From Ophelia neglecta (lineage: Eukaryota), in assembly GCA_965285935.1 (NCBI GenBank), contig OZ260664.1, positions 93,806,001 through 93,870,000 on the forward strand: a DNA stretch of 64,000 nucleotides, given 5' to 3'. Below the pieces are notes generated by a model, which was given only the letters and a program-made list of their open reading frames with translations, searched no databases and was not told the origin of the DNA. Made by a program: the position numbers and the translations under genes. Numbering within the stretch: position 1 is the first letter of the stretch; each line of letters starts with the position of its first letter. Shown piece after piece: positions 1 through 9,778 of the stretch.

Positions 1-1226
1 CTTATTTTATCCGCAAAATGCGGATATTATGGAATCAGTAGCACCGCCGCCGCCGCATATTTTAGTCTTTAATGCGATAACTCAAAAACCATTACGTTCA
101 TCTTTTTCAAATTTGACACAGCCATAACCTTATTGAGAGGAGGAACTGATTAGATTCTGGTGAAATTCCAATAATTATTAATTAGTTAAAACAATTAATT
201 TATTACGTCAGAAACACATTTTCTGCAATTTCACAAAAAATAATTGATACATCTTTTTCAAATTTGACACAGCCATAGAACTTATTGAGAGCAAGAACTG
301 GATTTATTCTGGTGAATTTCGAATAATTATTAATTAGTTAATACAATTAATTTATTATGTCAAAAACACATTTTCTATCACATATTCGAAAGTATAGATG
401 ATATTGGCTCGAAGTTTTGTGTCATGATTCATATAATAACTATATACAATCTGTGTAATAAGTTAACTAGTTAACTTTATTAATGACCTGAAAAAAAATT
501 AGTAAAGGTCGTTTTGCATTATTATTGAGGACATGTGGAACCTACTAATAAGTTAACTAGGTAACTTTATTAATGACCTGAAACAAAATTAGTTAAGGGT
601 ATTTTGCATTATTATTGAGGTCATATGGAACCAACTTTATTAATGACCTGCATTATTATTGAGGTCATATAGAACCTACTACAATCTGTGTAATAAGTTA
701 ACTAGTACTGTGTAATAAGTTAAGTAGTTAACTTTATTAATGACCTGAAAAAATTAGTTAAGGTAGTTTTGTATTATTATTGAGGTCATATGGAGCCTAC
801 TACAATCTGTAAAATAAGCATCATTATACTATTTCATTTAGTTCATTTTCATTTAATAACTGCAGAAAAAAATAGGTAAGGTTTTTTTCTTTGAAATGGA
901 GTTTATATGGACACTTTAGTCATTTACAATTGGTTATTTTGTTAACTTTATTATTAATGATAAAAAATTAGTTAGACTTTTATTTCTTTATTAAAGAGTT
1001 ATATAGGTCAGTTTGACCATGTTATGGCCTTTGTCATGTAATTTGCATCATAATACTATTTCATTTAGTTAAATTCATTAATGGTGCAAACACTTTCTTA
1101 TCTTCTGTGCCAACATAAAACTACCATATTTACTACTCCGCCTTATACCATGTTCGCCAATCGACTATTGCACGCAATAGCGGATATAGCCATTGCTGTC
1201 GGCCCCCCGACAGCGTTGGCCTAGTT
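1..1226 (+). mobile_element. Non-autonomous Helentron/HINE-type element with internal tandem repeats
   Basis: 5' palindrome tatccgcaaaatgcggata followed by (ccg)n; matching sub-TIR gcggata at ~1180; 3' hairpin gctgtcgg-cccc-ccgacagc (1195-1214) followed by CTAGTT (1221-1226); internal ~151-bp (x2) and ~100-bp degenerate tandem units. Confidence 0.75.
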
Positions 1227-1644
1227 AAACCTAATTAGAAGTCTCTTAAATGTCCAGACACTAATGGGGAGTAAATAGGATTGTGTCATTTCCATTACCA
1301 TATTATATTGGGGGGGGGGGGAGAGGTGGGGTATTTCTGACCCTCGGGATCTGCCTTTTAATTATTTGTGAACTGGGGATTTAAGGTTTAATTTCTTGTG
1401 AATCGGGATTCGACAATTGTCCGTGATTCGGGATCAAGGATTTGAATTTACTGCAACCTGGGAATGTCCTGTTTAATTCCTGTGACTAGGGAATCACTAT
1501 TTCAATTTATCGGGAAACAGGAAATACCTTATCCTTAATGGCGTGAAAAATGCGGATTTTAAACATCCGTGATTTGGGATTTGCCCATTTTTTCAACTGG
1601 GAACTGGGACTTAACCTCCCCTCTATATTGGTAGACTATGTGTA

Positions 1645-1820
1645 CGGCGAAACCTGTGAATTAAGACCACCAACGGGACTGGAAATACTGGTCTGATAAT
1701 AGATGTGGTCTGTTTAGACAGGTTATTTAACATTGGAAGTATACAACATGGTCTCGTATTAGGGGTCTGAATAGGAAGGTGGTCTGATTATAGAGGTGGT
1801 CTTTAAGGCAGGTTTCACTG
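1645..1820. mobile_element. Tc1/mariner (pogo/Tigger-like) MITE
   Basis: TA|CGGCGAAACCTG ... CAGGTTTCACTG|TA terminal inverted repeats with TA target duplication; internal gtggtct repeats. Confidence 0.75.
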
Positions 1821-2121
1821 TACTGTTTTCCAACAGGTTGTACAAGTGCCAGCTTCAGGATGAAGATCTAATAGAGGGATAAAGATAATGCATTATTCAA
1901 CTTTCAAAATTTATCACTTTGGCAATTAAAGTTATGAACATCCATCATTGTTTTCATCAGATTTAGTGATTAAATGGATCAGCAGGTGGTACAAGTGTAT
2001 ATTTTGTTACAGCTATGCTTATAATACACATCGTGGGTAGTTGTGCCACCTGCAGTCACGTGTACATGTACATTGTAGGTGAGAAGCAAGCAGGTTTAAT
2101 GTGTTGATTTGTCTGTTTCAG

Positions 2122-2162
2122 ATGTTTGCACTCTGAGATTCTTCTACAACTTAGGCGTCCAG
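2122..2162 (+). CDS. 41-bp internal coding exon of host gene: (D)VCTLRFFYNLGVQ, OTUD4/ALG13/Otu-like motif
   Basis: Acceptor tttgtctgtttcag and donor gtgagt; phase-0 end joins the acceptor at 9778 in frame (CAG|TAC TAC CAT ATG). Confidence 0.75.
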
Positions 2163-2389
2163 GTGAGTCTCTTCTGTAGTTAGCTCTCAGTAAGGTGTCT
2201 GCATCCCTGAAGAACACATTTGGGATTCTGGTCAACTCTAAACTGTTTGATGTTTATTTTGATTCTGTCAACACAGGATTTATTCTCGACAGGAAGTGTT
2301 AACAATTATAAGATTTAGCCATAGTGGGCCACAGGAACTATCAGCAGATGATACTGTTTTACTGGGTTTTACTGTTAAATGACCTCAGA

Positions 2390-2716
2390 CGTTGGTTGGT
2401 TGTTTGGGGTTTTACGTGGCTTTTAACACTTATCTGGTCATATCACCATGGTGGCTACTTGTGACAGTAGGCTCAATATTGAGAGGGTGTATGTCCTGTT
2501 TATAGTGCTGCCTCACTGGAGTACCTGCCGTAGACACCAGACAGGGAACCCCTCCCAGTCACATTATACTGACACCGGGTTGACCAGTCCTGATACTACC
2601 CCCGAAATACCTGGCTCCTGGCAGGGGAGCTATCAGTACCTATTTTTGCGTCTTAGGTTTGACATGATCGGCATTTGAAGCCCGAGCTACCACTTACGAT
2701 GCGGACAAATGACCTC
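2390..2716 (-). mobile_element. tRNA-derived SINE (Meta/MESC-core-like)
   Basis: On the minus strand: tRNA-like head with B-box, core ggactggtcaacccggtgtcagtataatgtgactgg, and (caac)n tail; homologous to the copy at 9456-9651. Confidence 0.75.
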
Positions 2717-3617
2717 GGATGGCAAGACTTCCTTAATGACAAGTGTACAGGAAGGAAATGTTTGCATACTTTTAATTCACAGCAGTTGCAAGGATCCCAA
2801 GCCTCTCCTGTTTTGCAGTACCTTTTTTTTTTAAATAGAAGACTCACTGTTTTTCATATTTCAGGTCTAGAAAATAATGAACTTTTGTGGTAACCTTGGG
2901 TATGAGTCTTGTATTGGAATAACAAAGTTCATCTATAAGATCTTTTGAGTATAAAATCCAAATAAAATCTCAGGCCCAACCTTTTTCTTAAACTAAGGAT
3001 GCGTCTTTTATTACAGATGCTATTAGGTCATTTACGGTAACTTGGTGGCTGTGTTGGGTGGATGTCGGGATAGCATTCTTGTAAAAAAAGCTACCAACTG
3101 TCAATAATTTCAGTCGACCGACATGCTTGATTAATAAATGAAAAATATATTTAATTCTTCGGTCGCCCAGCAGTAAAGTCTGTCCCCTAGTGATTGTTGG
3201 TCCACTTTGGGGAGGGGGGCACAAACCAACTTTAAATAAGTTATTTGGTGTTTATTTTAATAACTAGTGGGGGGGGGTATGCTCCATTATGAGTTATTCA
3301 GATCCCTGTCTGCGTCAACAAAAATTGGACTAGCTATAGGTCTTTCATTTAGTTCTGTTGTGTGAAATTCACGAAAAAAACCATGATGGCTGCTCAGGTA
3401 AAAATTAATCAAAGACGCAAGCTGATTTGTGTACAGCGATTTGTTCACTTGGACACTCCTGTCAACCTGTAATGCCATGGTTACTGTGTAGAGGGCGCCA
3501 GCAGGGGCCTTATTATTGTTCAGCCCTGATACATTTGAGGCAAGTGACATGGCCACCTTATTGTATGGTTGTGTACAACTACCCGGTAGGTGGAATGATA
3601 CAGTTTGCACATACACA

Positions 3618-3937
3618 AATCAAATTTTGTGTTCTTGTTTGATTAATCTCATGTAGAAGGACATTTTTTGTCCTATGGTTGAGATGATTTTCATTATCAT
3701 CATAACCATTTATTGACATTAGCTTTACAGCTAAATACTGGTTTATTGTTTTTGTATTATTGACTATTCATATTAAATCAAATTTTGTGTTCTTGTTTGA
3801 TTTATCTCATGATGAAGGACATGTATTGTCCTATGGTTGACATGGTTTTTATTATTATTATAACCATTTATTGACATCAGCTTTACAGCAAAATACTGGT
3901 TTAATGTTTTTGTATTGTTGACTATTCATATTAAATC
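3618..3937. repeat. Tandem duplication, ~159-bp unit x2
   Basis: aatcaaattttgtgttcttgtttga...ttgactattcatattaaatc occurs twice head-to-tail. Confidence 0.85.
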
Positions 3938-4707
3938 TGATCACCCCATCATCTGATTAGGGCTTTTTTCGAAAACTTATCCTGAGAGTGGGGTGGGTGG
4001 CATGGTCATTGCCATGGTAATGTGGATGGGGCACTAATAGGTCATGGCCATAGGTGTATAGGTCCTTGGATAAAAATAAGTTTTGGGGGTTGGCACCATT
4101 GTCTTTCAAAGTAATATAACTCAATGCACAACAAAATGAAAAGCCTCATTTTTACATAACCAGGTTCTAAAGGACTCATTGTAGATCTTGAGCTGAGGAT
4201 TATCTAGTTTTAGCAGCACTTAGAGTTTTTGAAGATGTCCCACATGTACGGCTGCTATACAGAAGAATGGTCTGACTGCACCACTCATTCAGGCTAGAAT
4301 ACTTACTGCAGGGATTAAAAAAAAGCACTAAACTACCACACAGTCAAACAGTCAGATTACTTTCACCCTGAGAAGGAACTCCAATCTCCCCAAAAACCTG
4401 CTGTTTTGTTGTTCAATGGCCATTTCATTATAGATGGGTAAGAAATCACATTTTTACGAGAACCCACGCAGCAGAGATTGGGGTGGTGGAGAGGATAAGG
4501 AAGGTCAAAATGTTTAATGTTTCTGATTTTATAAGGCATTTTCATCTTTGTTGTCCAAGGCGGCCAAGGCTGGGGGGAGGCGGAAGGGGTGACATAGCAA
4601 ACGAGTAGAGTTACGGTCGGGAACCTGGAACAATGAATGTGGTTCAGGGAGTGGGGGGGGGGGGATGAATGGATGGGTGTTAGATGGATAGGGTAGGGGA
4701 GGAGGTT

Positions 4708-7700
4708 TAATAATAATAATAATAGTTATTTATTTATAAAGCGTATTATTACAGAGTTAAAAACCCTTCTCATAAACGCTGTACACAAGAAAAAGGTACC
4801 ACCATTAATACCCAAGATATTATTTAAAAACAGGTAAGTAAATGTAATTTAAAAGTAAAAGTTGACTAGATTCACAGGGTAAAATTACTGTAGGCCTGTT
4901 TAAATAAAAATGTTTTTAAGCTTTTTTTAAAAGCATTAAAAATTAAAGTATCACAGTGTAGGGAGGATGGCAAGGCATTCCAAGCACTGGCTGCAGCGAA
5001 TTTAAAAGAACGTTCACCATAAAACTTTGTTTTGACTTTGGGTATGACTAGAAGATTTGAATTGCTAGAACGCAAAGACCTCCTCGGAATGTACCTCTGA
5101 AGGAGCTCCACTATGTAAATGGGAGCCATGTCATGCAGACCCTTGTACACAAATAGGCACAGCTTAAAGGCTATCCTCTGTCTGACCGGGAGCCAGTGAA
5201 GACGGTACAGCACAGGCGTAATATGTGAGAACTTGCGATGTCTAACCACCAGCCTGGCTGCGGCATTTTGAAGGCGCTGGAGCTTGCTCAGCATCCTCTC
5301 AGGTAGCCCAGCAAGGAGAGAATTCATGCTGTCAAGCTTTGACGAGATGAATGCATGGACTAGCACCTCAGTAGAAGACTGATCAAGGTAACGTCTTATA
5401 TGTGACAGTCTCCGCAACTGTAGAAAACCAGATCTAACAATGTTATTTACATGAGTGTCCAGTGACATGGCAGAATCGAAATAGGCACCTAGGTTTCTAA
5501 CGTTATCTGCCTGGTGAGCTTGGACATCCCCAATCGTGATGGCAGAGTTTGTGGGAGCAACCTTGTTGAATTTCGATGAAAAAACCATGAACTCAGTCTT
5601 TTCATCGTTCAATTTCAGAAAGTTTTCTGCCATCCAGGAGCGAATATTCTCGATACAGCCTTCCATATCAGACATCTTAGAAGTAATTTCAGTAGGGTCA
5701 AAAACAAGGTAAAGTTGTGTATCATCAGCATATAGATGGTAGTTAATGTGATGATGGCGGATGATGTCTCCCAGGCTCGACGTATAAATTGTGAAAAGAA
5801 CTGGTCCTAGTACGGAGCCTTGGGGCACCCCGCACGTGAGAGTGGATGATTCCGATCCATTACCATCAATGCAAACTGTCTGGGATCTGCCTTTCAGATA
5901 CGAGTCAAACCATGACAAAGCAGCGCCTCTGACACCTATCCGGTCCTTGAGAGTTCCCAGCAAGCGATCATGGTCCACAGTATCGAAAGCTGCAGATAAA
6001 TCGAGCAGCACCAGTAGCACAGATTTTTTCATATCAAGGGCCAGGAGTATGTCATTTTGCACTCGGAGAAGTGCTGATTCAACACTGTGAAACTCCTTGT
6101 ATGCTGACTGGTGACACTCCTCAAGGCTGTTCTCAGTAATGTGCTCCTTGAGTCTAGATGCCACCACCCTCTCTACCAGTTTAGAAACAAAAGACAAATT
6201 CGAGACTGGCCTATAGTTCTTGAGAAAGTCCCTTGGTAAGTTAGCCTTTTTGAGAATTGGTGTAATGAGAGCCTCCTTCATGCCACTAGGCACTACGCCA
6301 CCTGCAAGTGACAGGTTCACAATACGAGTGAGTGTTGGCAGGAGCTCTTCAAGGCAGTCCTTTAACAAGTATGTTGGGATGGGATCAAGTGAGCAAGATT
6401 TTGAAGGAGAAAGCTTGATGATTTGTTTCACCTCCTCGGCTGATGCAGGTCTAAAAGCACTGAGGCATGATCCCTGGAACACAGTCTCCGTAAATCGAGA
6501 CAGGACAGTATGAGGTATTGTTTGTTCAAGGCCGTTCCTGATTTTACCGATCTTGGAAACAAAAAATTCAGCAAAGCGATCAGCCAGGTGCTTGTTAGAT
6601 GTATGGATGGGAAGTATTGACTGATTGTCTGTGTTTAGCAAACAGTTAACAACACCAAACAGTTCCTTTTGGTTTCCGTTTGAAGATATAACTTTTTCCT
6701 GGTAGTATTGTTGTTTTGCTTCGTCTATCATCCCGTCCACAGCCCGGGTCTGCTCCTTAAACAAGAGTTTATCCTCTGGTTGTTTGTTACGGCGGTAGCG
6801 ACGCTCAAGCCGTCGTCGCGACCGTCTGGCCTCCTTAATATCATCATTAAACCAGGCACTGTCTGGACGAATGATGATGGCACGTGTCTTTGATGGTGCG
6901 TGCCTGTCTAGGAGCTCCAGGAGTGAGGTATTGTAGGTGCTGACCAGGCGGACGAGGTCATTCGGGGGACTGGTGGTGAGCAGTGACTGTGATATGTCGT
7001 CACGAAAAACAGCAATGTCAAGAGAACGAAGCTTTCTGCTGGTGACAGTTTTCCGGATCTTCCCTGGCTTTTCCACAGCCAGACGGAAATGAATGGCACT
7101 GTGATCCGAAAATACTGTATCAACCACAGACAATGAACTGACCAGATCTGCTTCTGATGATGTAATAACAAGATCTAATAGATGCCCATGTTCATGGGTC
7201 ACACTTTTCACATGCTGAAGCAGGCCCGATGTTGAAAGAAGGCTGTGGAAACGCTTGGCACAACCATCCGATGCATCCTCCATGTGAAAATTTAAGTCAC
7301 CAGCAAGAATGAAATCTGAGCGAGCCAACAGAAGTTCATTATCAATGAAGTTGGTGAATTCATTGAAAAAGGTAGAGACTCTCAGGTTGTTTTTAGCAGA
7401 GGGAGGGGGCCGGTACACTACATACAATAGCAAGGTCTTTGAGCTGGACGTAAGTGAACACTTTAGAACTTCAAAAGTACTGAAGTCTTGCAAAGCTTGT
7501 TGACTCACTGCAAGGTTGTTCTTGTACAAAAAGGCAACTCCTCCATACCCTGTATCTCGTGCAGCTTGATTAAAAGTATAGCCGGGTGGGCATAGTTCAC
7601 CAATAACTGGCTGATCAGCAATACCTGGCCTCAGCCACGTCTCAGTGATGAACAATATGTCCAAGTCATGTTCAAGTACGTATTCATTCAGAGTTGTGGT

Positions 7701-8287
7701 TTTATTTTTCACAGACCTGGCATTTATTACACAACAGTGAGCCTGGGCAGATGTTAATTGACCATGGTCAATTGGTGCTCTGGGTAGTATTTTCAAGTTG
7801 TTAAAGTTTACCTGGTTCAGGTCACACCTAGCAGCCAAGCGCTGGCCAGACACAATGGTGTTAATAGTGTGATAATGTTTCTTGCCAGCTGTAGTACCTC
7901 TCCTTGTCTTACTTCGCCTGAGTAGCTCTGGAGGTATTTCAGGTAGTACTGATGTATTGTGTGCATACCCCTTGTGTGAAAGCAGTTCCTCCCTGGTGTA
8001 CTGGAGAAAGTGAGAATAACACATTGTCATAACAATGGCAATCCCAGTCAGCAGACAACTAGTAGGCATAACAATCCGAGTGTCAGGCGTATGACAACCC
8101 AGATCACGAATCAACAATTCATCCAAAAAACTATCCAAAAATCACATGAAAAAGTATAAAAAGTCAATCCTCCTGATTCTGTGGTATTCCCAAAAGTTGT
8201 GGCCAAAGAATGTCATGCAGCACCGTCATCAAAACACTTAAAATAGCAGAAAGGCACAGAGACAAGGCAGTAAGCAGCCTAAGCGCT
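4708..8287 (-). mobile_element. Full-length single-ORF L2/CR1-group LINE, intronic and antisense to the host gene
   Basis: Intact EN+RT ORF, short 5' UTR, 3' stem region and (TTA)n tail at 4708-4722. Confidence 0.9.
4872..8138 (-). CDS. APE endonuclease + reverse transcriptase (L2/CR1 group), apparently intact
   Basis: Motifs INARS, ITETW, GDLNFH, LLDL, SDH (EN); NYRPVSNL, LDLSAAFDT, GVPQGSVLGP, YADDTQ (RT); LHWLPV C-terminus typical of L2. Confidence 0.95.
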   Translation of the reverse strand: MDSFLDELLIRDLGCHTPDTRIVMPTSCLLTGIAIVMTMCYSHFLQYTREELLSHKGYAHNTSVLPEIPPELLRRSKTRRGTTAGKKHYHTINTIVSGQRLAARCDLNQVNFNNLKILPRAPIDHGQLTSAQAHCCVINARSVKNKTTTLNEYVLEHDLDILFITETWLRPGIADQPVIGELCPPGYTFNQAARDTGYGGVAFLYKNNLAVSQQALQDFSTFEVLKCSLTSSSKTLLLYVVYRPPPSAKNNLRVSTFFNEFTNFIDNELLLARSDFILAGDLNFHMEDASDGCAKRFHSLLSTSGLLQHVKSVTHEHGHLLDLVITSSEADLVSSLSVVDTVFSDHSAIHFRLAVEKPGKIRKTVTSRKLRSLDIAVFRDDISQSLLTTSPPNDLVRLVSTYNTSLLELLDRHAPSKTRAIIIRPDSAWFNDDIKEARRSRRRLERRYRRNKQPEDKLLFKEQTRAVDGMIDEAKQQYYQEKVISSNGNQKELFGVVNCLLNTDNQSILPIHTSNKHLADRFAEFFVSKIGKIRNGLEQTIPHTVLSRFTETVFQGSCLSAFRPASAEEVKQIIKLSPSKSCSLDPIPTYLLKDCLEELLPTLTRIVNLSLAGGVVPSGMKEALITPILKKANLPRDFLKNYRPVSNLSFVSKLVERVVASRLKEHITENSLEECHQSAYKEFHSVESALLRVQNDILLALDMKKSVLLVLLDLSAAFDTVDHDRLLGTLKDRIGVRGAALSWFDSYLKGRSQTVCIDGNGSESSTLTCGVPQGSVLGPVLFTIYTSSLGDIIRHHHINYHLYADDTQLYLVFDPTEITSKMSDMEGCIENIRSWMAENFLKLNDEKTEFMVFSSKFNKVAPTNSAITIGDVQAHQADNVRNLGAYFDSAMSLDTHVNNIVRSGFLQLRRLSHIRRYLDQSSTEVLVHAFISSKLDSMNSLLAGLPERMLSKLQRLQNAAARLVVRHRKFSHITPVLYRLHWLPVRQRIAFKLCLFVYKGLHDMAPIYIVELLQRYIPRRSLRSSNSNLLVIPKVKTKFYGERSFKFAAASAWNALPSSLHCDTLIFNAFKKSLKTFLFKQAYSNFTL

Positions 8288-9046
8288 AAACCCCGTGTAT
8301 CTATCTTTAGTGATTGAATGTGAGCCAAGTGAACTGGTCTTAGTATAGTATTAATGTCAAATGACAGCCATTACCACAGTTCACGCTACAGCAGGGCGGT
8401 GAGGAACATATATGTAGAATATAGGAATATATATAGTACACACATGTTACCTGTATATCAGCTGTGACATATTACACTGATATGTGCTATGAAACAGGAA
8501 AATCAAGACATCAATCTAATGACACACATAAAAAAAATTTGAATCCTGAAGAAAAAACGAAAAATGGATAGTACAGATGAGCTGGTGTTATAAACCAACG
8601 CCATATCAAGAACATCAAGATCGTAGGCCAACTTTATTGATCACACATCGGCTGATGTAACATGTATGCTGATTGGTTTATGTTTCCTGTTAAGGGGGGT
8701 CACTTGCCTTACCACATTACATTTTACCTGTTAAGGGGGTCACTTGCTGAACCACATTATTTGTTACCTGTGAGGGGGGCTCCTTGGTCAACCAATTTTA
8801 TGTTACCTGCCAGAGTGACATTATATGTTAGGAAATGTCGTCTACCTCAGTGTTTGGGCCAATATTTGGGGAGAAAGATGCTGCTTTGTGGGTTGTGTCT
8901 TTTGAGTTTTGGGCGGGCCTGGTGCAGCAAACTTTTCGTCATATTGTATTGTTGGAAATTTGGGCAGGAATTATAAATTGTGAATCTATAGAAAACATGT
9001 TTGCAGGTATATGATTAAGCAGGCTATCAATATCTCACGTACACTA

Positions 9047-9189
9047 CTGTAAAGTCAGAAACTTCGCAGGAATTAATTTCATGTCGTATACAATTTGGGA
9101 AATTAATTCCCAGCGAACACCAATGGCCCCAAAATCAGTGGAATTTTAACCAACAAGTTTTTATGCAAATTTAGGACCACATTTTACAG
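9047..9189. mobile_element. Degenerate Tc1/mariner MITE
   Basis: TA|CTGTAAA ... TTTACAG termini. Confidence 0.45.
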
Positions 9190-9455
9190 ACTTATTTGGG
9201 TATAATAAACGGTTGCCATATATTTTATTTATCCATCTGCACACACAGATAAACTACTTTCTTCATTGGTTTCACATTAGTTTCACGATTACCCTCTAAG
9301 GCCCATATCAGGTCTTTTTTTTTTGATGCCAATTCTCCTAAACTTACTCCAGAATATTCTTTACATGCTACTTTTCATGGCGGTTCTCAACAGTCTGATA
9401 TTTTAGTGAAGGAGTTAATGGATGATATTAGGCTGGCCTTCAAGGAAGAAATCCC

Positions 9456-9651
9456 CACCAACCGTGGCCGAGTGCTTAGGGTGTCCGCCTCGCAAGTGGT
9501 AGATCGGGGTTCAAATCCCGATTGCGTCAAACCCAAAACGTAAAAATAAGTACTGATAGCTCCCCTGCCAGGCGCCCGGTATTTTTAGGGGCAGCATCTG
9601 GACTGGTCAACCCACGAAAGCCATGCAAAACCCCAAAACAACAACAAAAAC
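9456..9651 (+). mobile_element. tRNA-derived SINE, internally deleted copy
   Basis: A-box tggccgagtg, B-box ggttcaaatcc, shared body gtactgatagctcccctgccagg; core truncated after ggactggtcaaccc; (aac)n tail. Confidence 0.8.
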
Positions 9652-9778
9652 ATCAAGGAAGAAATCATTATGGGTCTATGTGCTTGGTTACCTGAATTTA
9701 CCTGTACAGCTTCAGCCATGGCATCCTCTAATAAATTGATTTTAAAAAATAAGCTTCTTATTTTCTTTTTTTTTTCAG

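Noticed and set aside
3484-3510. CTCF-like motifs (agagggcgccagcagggg)
   Set aside because: Only a partial consensus match; cannot be supported from sequence alone.
5791-7503. Short ORFs overlapping LINE ORF2 (also in the other LINEs)
   Set aside because: Shadow frames with no independent motifs.
9456-9530. tRNA gene
   Set aside because: The A/B boxes belong to a SINE head that continues into a body shared with 2390-2716.
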